Source: Eubacteriales bacterium (GTDB lineage: Bacteria > Bacillota > Clostridia > Oscillospirales > CAG-272). Taken from it: DNA of 47,404 nucleotides. The first letter of the stretch is position 1; each line of letters starts with the position of its first letter. The position numbers were made by a program, and so were the translations under genes. The stretch lies in assembly GCA_045632105.1 (NCBI GenBank), contig JAZQVZ010000053.1:1-47404 (forward strand), read 5' to 3'. Below the pieces are notes generated by a model. It saw nothing but the letters and a program-made list of their open reading frames with translations, had not been told where the DNA came from and searched no databases. Below are positions 28,238 to 35,093 of the stretch, piece after piece.

Positions 28238-29692
28238 ATGGCAATGAAAAAAGAAAAGAAACAAAAGAACTTGGATGCAAAGGGGTATCGCAAGTTCGGT
28301 ATGCGCGACTGTATAGCGTATGCTGCAGGAGATCTAGGCTGCAACATGAGCTTTGCGCTCAAGGGCACGATGGCGATCTTTTGGACACAGTTTATGAAGC
28401 TCGACCTTTGGTATGCACTTCTTCTCATCGTGGTGCAGGTGTGGGATGCGATCAACGACCCGCTTATCGGTTCTATAATCGACGCAGACAAACATAAGTA
28501 CAAGAGGAACAAATTCCTTCAGTACATATTCGTAGGTTCTATCGGACTTATCATCGGAGGAGCATGCTGCTTCCTTCCGTTTCCAAACGCTCCCGTTTGG
28601 GCTAAGTTCATTATATTCATCGCAGGCTACGTAGTATGGGACGCTTTCTACACAGTAGCAAACGTTCCTTACGGCTCACTTCTCTCGCTTGTATCCAGCG
28701 ATGTTAAGGACAGAGCATCGCTTTCCGCTTGGCGCTCTATCGGATCTATCTTTGGGAATATGATTCCTATGGTTATTCTTCCTTTTATCATTTACGATAA
28801 GAACAACAACCTCATCGGCGAAAGAGTATTTATCGCAGCGCTTATTATGGGCGTTCTTGGATTTATCTGCTTCCAGTTTATGATCAAAAACACAGAAATC
28901 AGAGAAGAACATAATATAGAACTCAAAGAAGATGCCCCCAAGTTCAACGTATTCTCAGCATTTGGTAACTTTATAAAAAACCGTCCCGCAGTTGGTGCTA
29001 CCATTGCTGCTATGGGTATGTTTATCGGTATGCAGGGTGCTACAACCGCAGTTACCGTTATATTCCAGTCCTACTTTAAGAATGTTCAGATCTCCGGTAT
29101 TGTTCAGCTCTTTGCTATGATTCCGATAGTTTGCTTTACACCTTTGGCAAGAAATATGGTTGCTAAGTTTGGTAAGAAGGAGCTTGCTACATTCGGATCT
29201 ATCATATCTATAGTTGCAGGTCTCGGACTCTTTATTGTCATCCCCGACAACACAGGACTCGATCTTATCATCTACATCATCTGCCAGCTCTTCTTCTCTC
29301 TTGGACTTGGTATCTACTCCACAGTTTCATGGGCTATGATGGGTGATGCTATCGACTACAACGAGTGGAAGTTTGGCACTCGTGAAGAGGGCACCGTATA
29401 TTCACTTCACTCCTTCTTCCGTAAGCTCGCTCAGGGTATTGGCCCGTCACTCGTTCTCGTTATTATGGTTGCATTCGGTTACGTTGGCGCGGATGAGGGT
29501 AACCAGGCTTGGCATGTTGCGGTTAACATGAGATACATTGTTGCTGCTACATTTATGTTCTCTGCCCTCCTTCAGTTTATTGGTCTTGGAGTTATCTACA
29601 ACTTGGACAAGAAGACTCTTAATAAGATGAATGACGAGCTTGCAGAGCGTAAGGCTGTTGCAGTCGCTGTTGAAAGCAACAACGCTGATTAA
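28238..29692 (+). CDS. GPH-family (glycoside-pentoside-hexuronide:cation) symporter, likely glucuronide transporter
   Basis: About 12 TM segments. The N-terminus FGMRDCIAYAAGDLGCNMSF...DAINDPLIGSIID is typical of GPH/MelB/UidB-like carriers. An alternative ATG at 28244 has better RBS spacing. Confidence 0.8.
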   Translation: MAMKKEKKQKNLDAKGYRKFGMRDCIAYAAGDLGCNMSFALKGTMAIFWTQFMKLDLWYALLLIVVQVWDAINDPLIGSIIDADKHKYKRNKFLQYIFVGSIGLIIGGACCFLPFPNAPVWAKFIIFIAGYVVWDAFYTVANVPYGSLLSLVSSDVKDRASLSAWRSIGSIFGNMIPMVILPFIIYDKNNNLIGERVFIAALIMGVLGFICFQFMIKNTEIREEHNIELKEDAPKFNVFSAFGNFIKNRPAVGATIAAMGMFIGMQGATTAVTVIFQSYFKNVQISGIVQLFAMIPIVCFTPLARNMVAKFGKKELATFGSIISIVAGLGLFIVIPDNTGLDLIIYIICQLFFSLGLGIYSTVSWAMMGDAIDYNEWKFGTREEGTVYSLHSFFRKLAQGIGPSLVLVIMVAFGYVGADEGNQAWHVAVNMRYIVAATFMFSALLQFIGLGVIYNLDKKTLNKMNDELAERKAVAVAVESNNAD

Positions 29693-29722
29693 AATCAAAT
29701 AAATACGGTAAAACCGAACCTT

Positions 29723-29758
29723 AAGGCGTCCGACATGATACCGTTGGACGCCTTTTTT
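29723..29758 (+). terminator. Hairpin plus T-run between the transporter and GH2 genes (partial terminator or attenuator)
   Basis: AAGGCGTCC (29723-29731) pairs with GGACGCCTT (29746-29754). It is followed by TTTT. Confidence 0.55.
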
Positions 29759-29798
29759 GAAAACTAACAACTAAAATCATATATAGAACGGAGATTTT

Positions 29799-32078
29799 AT
29801 GAGAAATATTTTAAACCTCAACGAAAATTGGCTTTTCATTAAGGATACTGCAGACGTTACCGCTCAAGAGGGTATCCAGGTAAATATTCCCCATTCATGG
29901 AATGCTGTCGACGGACAGGACGGTGGAAACGACTATTTCCGCGGCTCTTGTTTGTATAAGAAAACTTTAAAGCTTGAAGATCTTCCCAAGGCTGACCGTT
30001 ACTACATTGAGTTCAGAGGTGCGAACTCATCTGCAGATCTCTATGTAAACGGGACAAAGCTCGCTCATCACGACGGAGGATATTCGACCTGGAGAGTAGA
30101 CATAACCGAAAAGCTTGCAGATGAAACAGAAATAGCTGTTATCGTTGATAACTCCGCAAATGAGATCGTTTATCCTCAGATGGCTGACTTTACGTTCTAC
30201 GGCGGTATTTACAGAGATGTGAATATCATCTGTGTAAACAATACTCACTTCGACCTTGATTACTACGGCGCTCCCGGTATCAAGATCACTCCCGCTGTAA
30301 ACGGTGTTGATGCAACTGTTGAGGTAGAGGTGTTCGTAAAGAATATTACCGATGGACAAAAGATCGTTTATACCATATATGACAAAGAAGAAAATGAGCT
30401 TCAGAAGATAGAGTCCGCAGATACCAAGGTGACCTTCGAGATCAAGGACGTTCACCTCTGGCACGGACGCAAGGATCCTTATCTCTATTGCTGTGAGGCA
30501 GAGATAGTCGAGGGCGAGAATGTACTTGATAACGTATGCAGCCGCTTTGGATGCCGTACCTTTAAGATAGATCCTAACAATGGATTTATTCTTAACGGGG
30601 AAGAATATCCTCTTCATGGCGTATCTCGCCATCAGGATAGATGGGGAATAGGTAACGCTCTTCTTCCCGAGCATCATAAGGAAGATATCGACCTTATATG
30701 CGAAGTGGGAGCTACTACAATCCGTCTTGCTCACTATCAGCACGATCAGTATTTCTACGATCTTTGCGATGAATACGGTCTTGTTATCTGGGCTGAGATT
30801 CCCTATATCTCGCGCCATATGCCTACGGGACGTGAGAATACGATATCTCAAATGAAAGAGCTTGTTGTACAGAATTACAACCATCCCTCTATCGTAGTTT
30901 GGGGACTCTCCAACGAGATTTCTATCGCAGGCTCTGACGAAGACCTTCTTGAAAACCACCGTATCCTCAACGATCTTGTACATGAAATGGACAAGACAAG
31001 ACTTACGACTATTGCTGCAGTTTCCATGTGTAAGATGGAAGATCCTTATCTTCAGATCCCTGACGTTGTTTCTTACAACCATTATTTCGGTTGGTACGGC
31101 GCCGAAACCTCAATGAACGGACCTTGGTTTGACAAGTTCCACGAAATGCACCCCAACATTCCGATAGGATGCTCTGAGTACGGCTGTGAGGCGCTCAATT
31201 GGCATACCAGCGATCCCAGACAGGGTGACTATACCGAGGAGTATCAGGCATACTACCACGAGGAACTCATCAAGCAGCTCTTTACAAGAAAATATATCTG
31301 GTCAACTCACGTTTGGAACATGTTTGACTTCGGTGCTGACGCAAGAGCAGAGGGCGGAGAAAACGGACAGAATCATAAGGGTCTTATGACCTTCGACCGT
31401 CAGTACAAGAAGGATGCGTTCTATGCTTATAAGGCATGGCTCGTATCTCCCGAGACCGATCCCTTTGTACACTTGTGCGGTAAGAGATACATTGATAGAG
31501 TAGAGGACGTTACTAAGGTAACTGTTTACTCTAATCTTCCCGAGGTTGAGCTCTTTGTAAACGGCGAGAGTATTGGCAAGAAGACTGCTGAGGATCACTT
31601 CTTCTACTTCGACGTAAAGAACGAGGGTGAAACCACTATCGTTGCAAAAGCAGGAGAGTTTACCGACGAGGGTAAGATCCGCAAGGTAGACGAGATGAAT
31701 ATGGACTATGTTCTCGTTGAAAAGGGCGCGGTACTTAACTGGTTTGATGTTAATGCTCCCGAGGGACGCTTCTCTCTCAACGATAAGATTGGCGATATTA
31801 TGAAAACTAAGCGCGGCAAAATGTGGTTCATCGGCGTTGGTCTGAAAATAAAGAAAAAGATGGATGCCAACAAGAAAAATAGTGGTGACGACAAGAAGTC
31901 CGGAGGCTTTGAGATAGATCTCAAGAGCGGTGACAGCGGACTTATGCAGATGATGGGAAGCTTCAGCGTTCTGCGTCTTTCGAGTATGATGGGAATGATG
32001 AATATTTCCTTTACCAAGGAAGAGCTTTTGAAGATGAACAAAAAGCTTAACCGCATCAAAAAGCCCAAGCAAAACTGA
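29799..32078 (+). CDS. GH2 glycoside hydrolase with beta-glucuronidase signature motifs ('no-loop' type) and an extended C-terminal region
   Basis: Acid/base WGLSNE, nucleophile CSEYG, YNHYFGWY (compare GUS NRYYGWY), and an N-x-K motif GQNHKG at 31371-31379 (compare E. coli GUS GNKKG). It sits in a uxaC/uxuA/uxuB/kdgK/eda plus GPH context. Confidence 0.8.
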   Translation: MRNILNLNENWLFIKDTADVTAQEGIQVNIPHSWNAVDGQDGGNDYFRGSCLYKKTLKLEDLPKADRYYIEFRGANSSADLYVNGTKLAHHDGGYSTWRVDITEKLADETEIAVIVDNSANEIVYPQMADFTFYGGIYRDVNIICVNNTHFDLDYYGAPGIKITPAVNGVDATVEVEVFVKNITDGQKIVYTIYDKEENELQKIESADTKVTFEIKDVHLWHGRKDPYLYCCEAEIVEGENVLDNVCSRFGCRTFKIDPNNGFILNGEEYPLHGVSRHQDRWGIGNALLPEHHKEDIDLICEVGATTIRLAHYQHDQYFYDLCDEYGLVIWAEIPYISRHMPTGRENTISQMKELVVQNYNHPSIVVWGLSNEISIAGSDEDLLENHRILNDLVHEMDKTRLTTIAAVSMCKMEDPYLQIPDVVSYNHYFGWYGAETSMNGPWFDKFHEMHPNIPIGCSEYGCEALNWHTSDPRQGDYTEEYQAYYHEELIKQLFTRKYIWSTHVWNMFDFGADARAEGGENGQNHKGLMTFDRQYKKDAFYAYKAWLVSPETDPFVHLCGKRYIDRVEDVTKVTVYSNLPEVELFVNGESIGKKTAEDHFFYFDVKNEGETTIVAKAGEFTDEGKIRKVDEMNMDYVLVEKGAVLNWFDVNAPEGRFSLNDKIGDIMKTKRGKMWFIGVGLKIKKKMDANKKNSGDDKKSGGFEIDLKSGDSGLMQMMGSFSVLRLSSMMGMMNISFTKEELLKMNKKLNRIKKPKQN

Positions 32079-32103
32079 TATAATAAAAACAGTTAAATAA
32101 AAC

Positions 32104-32150
32104 GGACACGTTACTTGAACAATTCAAGTAACGTGTCCTTTGCTTTTTAA
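32104..32150. terminator. Bidirectional terminator separating the glucuronide locus from the two-component system
   Basis: Perfect 16-bp stem: GGACACGTTACTTGAA (32104-32119) pairs with TTCAAGTAACGTGTCC (32123-32138). It is followed by TTTGCTTTTT. Confidence 0.85.
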
Positions 32151-32179
32151 TAGCAGAAATTTATTAGAAGCTAAAAAGT

Positions 32180-32971
32180 TTACTTTTTGGATGAAGAGGC
32201 CAACTTTGCAAACAGGCTGGCGTTAGTAGTTTCCGCAAAGCTATACTGTGCCATATATTCGCCATGATATAGATTCGCAAGCTCTACTTTTCCGTTTAAA
32301 TAATCAAAATAATCACAATCCAGCTCGGTGACCGAAACTCCAAGCATTCCGCGAGTCTGCACGATGACCGATTCACAGCCCAAGGATTTGAGCGTACTGA
32401 TCAGATCCAATCGCAACTGGTTGTAATACTTTTGGTGAGAATCATCCTCAAACAAAACGGACATAAGCTCATTGCCACTACACATAGAGCCTCTTCTGTC
32501 GATCAAATAGGCAAGCATTTCCTTGGTTTTCTGGTATTTGAATCTTACGTGCGAGTCGCCATATAGGATCTGGAAATTTCCAAATGCAATAGCTCTTAAC
32601 TTTTTGGGCACACGGATAGGTCGGCGGAGATTATCAAGCTCACGCTTAACTCCTTCTACGGTGATAGGCTTGATCAAATATCCACTTGCGTGAAGATCAA
32701 ACGCCGCATCTCGATATGAGCCAAACCCTGTGGCAAAAATAATATTGATATCGGGATTTATTTCCTTTAACTGTTTTGCGGCAGTAACGCCATCCACACC
32801 CCTCATTTCAATATCCAAAAAGGCAATATCGCAGGGCTCTTTTTCCATATGTGCTATGGCTTCTGACGCATAACGGAATCCATACACCTGGGCATTGGGA
32901 GCGGCGCTTTGGATAGAGGAAAGCAGGCCTTGCAAGGCAATCTTTTCGTCGTCTACTGCAATTATTTTCAT
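32180..32971 (-). CDS. Response regulator: REC domain plus SARP/OmpR-like winged-helix with the start of a BTAD-like segment
   Basis: REC motifs IIAVDDE, FLDIEM and GYLIKP. The C-terminus FGNFQILYGDSHVRFKYQKTKEMLAYLIDRRGSMCSGNELMSVLFEDD...CDYFDYL...LYHGEYMAQYSFAE resembles SARP wHTH/BTAD and not LytTR. Confidence 0.8.
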   Translation of the reverse strand: MKIIAVDDEKIALQGLLSSIQSAAPNAQVYGFRYASEAIAHMEKEPCDIAFLDIEMRGVDGVTAAKQLKEINPDINIIFATGFGSYRDAAFDLHASGYLIKPITVEGVKRELDNLRRPIRVPKKLRAIAFGNFQILYGDSHVRFKYQKTKEMLAYLIDRRGSMCSGNELMSVLFEDDSHQKYYNQLRLDLISTLKSLGCESVIVQTRGMLGVSVTELDCDYFDYLNGKVELANLYHGEYMAQYSFAETTNASLFAKLASSSKK

Positions 32972-34815
32972 TTACCTTCCTCCTTTTTGGGGATTTTAAT
33001 GATTGCTGTGGTACCGTCACCGATAACACTTTCAATAGTGAGCGTTCCGTCGCACAAATTCTTAAGACGCTGTGTTACGTTGCTGATACCAATATGCTTG
33101 TGCTCATCATCCGGGTGGTAATTCGTATCAAATCCCACGCCTGTATCACGGATCTCTATCTCATAGCAGGTGTCGGTCTCTCTTGTGGAAATGTAAAGCG
33201 AGGAAACTCCTTCCTTCTTGGATGTTCCGTGCTTCACAGCATTTTCTACAATTGGCTGTACAGTGAGAACAGGCAGCTTGAAGTTGGTAACGGGAGTATC
33301 GAACGAGATCTGCAGCTCATCATCAAAACGCACCTTTTCAATATCAAGATATGCTTTTACAAAAGACAGCTCCTGTTCGAAATGTATCATTTCGCTGCGG
33401 TTTAGATTGTCGATGTTATTACGCAAATATTTAGCGAAAGATTCAATTGTGCTTCTTGCTATTTTGGGATTGATCTCACACAAATGATATATGGTGTTCA
33501 GCGTGTTGAATATAAAGTGGGGCTGCATTTGGGAGAGCATAATTGAAATGCGGCTTTCCTGCAGCTCAAGCTGAAGTGCCTGCTTCTCGGCCTTAAGCTC
33601 GCGTGCCTTTACTGCGGTATTAATTTGAGAGGGAATAATGCGCAGAACTATGATCAGCGCAATAACAAATACAACAATAAATCCTATCTTAGATACGTGA
33701 CCGCCTTCCCACAATCCAAGCCAGGTTGCGGCGAAATCTATAATGAACGTGAAAAGCGTCGCGATTCCCACCAAATACAAAAACTTCTTGGCGCGACTTG
33801 CTTTACGGAAGCTGACGATCTGACAAGCTATCAATGTCAGGACAATAGCAGCCTCGACTACCGCCCACCAAAACCACGTATCGTAAAACTTAACATTACC
33901 GAAAAGAGAAAGAGTTACACAAGCGACAATTGAAGCCGCAGACAGTAAAATGGCTATGGCTCCAACCTTTTTGGCCGTGTTTTTCAATTGAGTTGCAATA
34001 AGCGCTGTGCCGAACAACATGTAAAACATCATGCAAAGTCCTAAGGCTCTGGTATTGAAAATGTTTGGCTCGCTCCAAATACTGACCGCGAAGGCATCAA
34101 ACATAAAATATCCGCCCGCAAAAAACGACATAAATCCGATCAGCCACATTACTCGGCTGTATTTGATATGGATTATGGAAGAAAATGCAGCAATACCGAG
34201 AATAACTGTCGCAATAATGAGTATCAGTGTTCCAATAGTTCTTTCTGACTCTCCCTGCTCAAGCATCATTTTTTCATGGTATAGACCGGGAGCAATCGAC
34301 ATATTGGCAAAAAACTCATCAATTGCGTTTGTATTTCCATATTTGTGAGGATTGTTGAGAATGATAGTGATGGGTTGATCGCCTAAAGAGGGAACAGATC
34401 CCCACATAACCGCACATGCATCCTCACCAAAGCTATCATTTTCTGCGTCAAATATTATCTTTCCGCCACTGGGGAATACCACAGTGCCACCAATATGATT
34501 AAGATAAATGTTGACCGTGTTAGAGGGGGATAGTGGTCCGATCGCCTCGCCGGTTTCGGGATTGTGCATCAAAAAAATACCGTGGAGCGTTACGTCGCCT
34601 TGGTTTGCGGGAATGTGCTCACCCTCTACATAGGTATGCCAATCTCCATCGCCGATCTTGTATTCTCCCTGAAAGGAAACACCCGCAATTGATGGAGATC
34701 CTGCTTGCGATGAGTTCCGTGTTCCGATCCACAAAAAGATTGCGGAAAACAACAAAACAAATATGATCGCAACCGCGAAAAATGTGCATTTTAGGGATGA
34801 TTTTTTTACGTTCAT
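32968..34815 (-). CDS. Sensor histidine kinase: signal anchor, ~170-aa extracellular domain, 7 TM helices, LytS/YehU-type His_kinase and HATPase core
   Basis: The H-box region MLSQMQPHFIFNTLNTIYHL is diagnostic for the LytS family. The ATPase motifs IVENAVKHG and IRDTGVGF are present. The topology is 7TMR-DISM-like. The track start at 34821 is a TTG. The ATG at 34815 has an AAGGA RBS at suitable spacing. It overlaps the response-regulator gene by ATGA. Confidence 0.85.
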   Translation of the reverse strand: MNVKKSSLKCTFFAVAIIFVLLFSAIFLWIGTRNSSQAGSPSIAGVSFQGEYKIGDGDWHTYVEGEHIPANQGDVTLHGIFLMHNPETGEAIGPLSPSNTVNIYLNHIGGTVVFPSGGKIIFDAENDSFGEDACAVMWGSVPSLGDQPITIILNNPHKYGNTNAIDEFFANMSIAPGLYHEKMMLEQGESERTIGTLILIIATVILGIAAFSSIIHIKYSRVMWLIGFMSFFAGGYFMFDAFAVSIWSEPNIFNTRALGLCMMFYMLFGTALIATQLKNTAKKVGAIAILLSAASIVACVTLSLFGNVKFYDTWFWWAVVEAAIVLTLIACQIVSFRKASRAKKFLYLVGIATLFTFIIDFAATWLGLWEGGHVSKIGFIVVFVIALIIVLRIIPSQINTAVKARELKAEKQALQLELQESRISIMLSQMQPHFIFNTLNTIYHLCEINPKIARSTIESFAKYLRNNIDNLNRSEMIHFEQELSFVKAYLDIEKVRFDDELQISFDTPVTNFKLPVLTVQPIVENAVKHGTSKKEGVSSLYISTRETDTCYEIEIRDTGVGFDTNYHPDDEHKHIGISNVTQRLKNLCDGTLTIESVIGDGTTAIIKIPKKEEGK

Positions 34816-34872
34816 ACACAAAGCCGTCCTTAAAATTTATTTTGCCCGAGAATTTGCTTGTTTTTGAAAATT

Positions 34873-34901
34873 ATTATAGCATAATTTTGCGTTTTTTGCA
34901 A
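34873..34901 (-). promoter_or_regulatory. Near-consensus sigma-A promoter of the kinase/regulator operon
   Basis: The minus strand reads TTGCAA (complement 34896-34901), a 17-nt spacer, and TATAAT (complement 34873-34878). Confidence 0.65.
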
Positions 34902-34962
34902 GTCTAATATGAAAAACAGTACTAAAACTCTCGATTAAAAAATATGCAGATTTCCTCCGTAG

Positions 34963-34980
34963 TGTGGAACTTTTGTGGAT
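34963..34980 (+). promoter_or_regulatory. Direct repeat TGTGGAA / TGTGGAT with 11-bp register, candidate response-regulator binding site
   Basis: TGTGGAA at 34963-34969 and TGTGGAT at 34974-34980. They sit where a -35 element would be, relative to the -10 at 34991-34996. Confidence 0.45.
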
Positions 34981-34987
34981 TACTACA

Positions 34988-34996
34988 TGGTATAAT
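34988..34996 (+). promoter_or_regulatory. Extended -10 (TGgTATAAT) without a recognisable -35, upstream of the giant gene
   Basis: TG at 34988-34989 and TATAAT at 34991-34996. The hexamer 17 nt upstream is AACTTT, a poor -35. Confidence 0.5.
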
Positions 34997-35093
34997 AAAT
35001 CGATAAAGTTATCGTGTAGGGTTGTCGCTTCTTTGAAACATATTCAAGTGGCTATATTGACCCTTTGAAAATTCTATGAGGAGGATTTTGGTG

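Noticed and set aside
34822-35093. Checked the divergent promoter region for inverted repeats that could flank an invertible (phase-variable) promoter.
   Set aside because: Only short inverted repeats are present (GTAGT...ACTAC, CGATAA/TTATCG). There is no site-specific recombinase gene in the window. The direct-repeat activator-site interpretation fits better.
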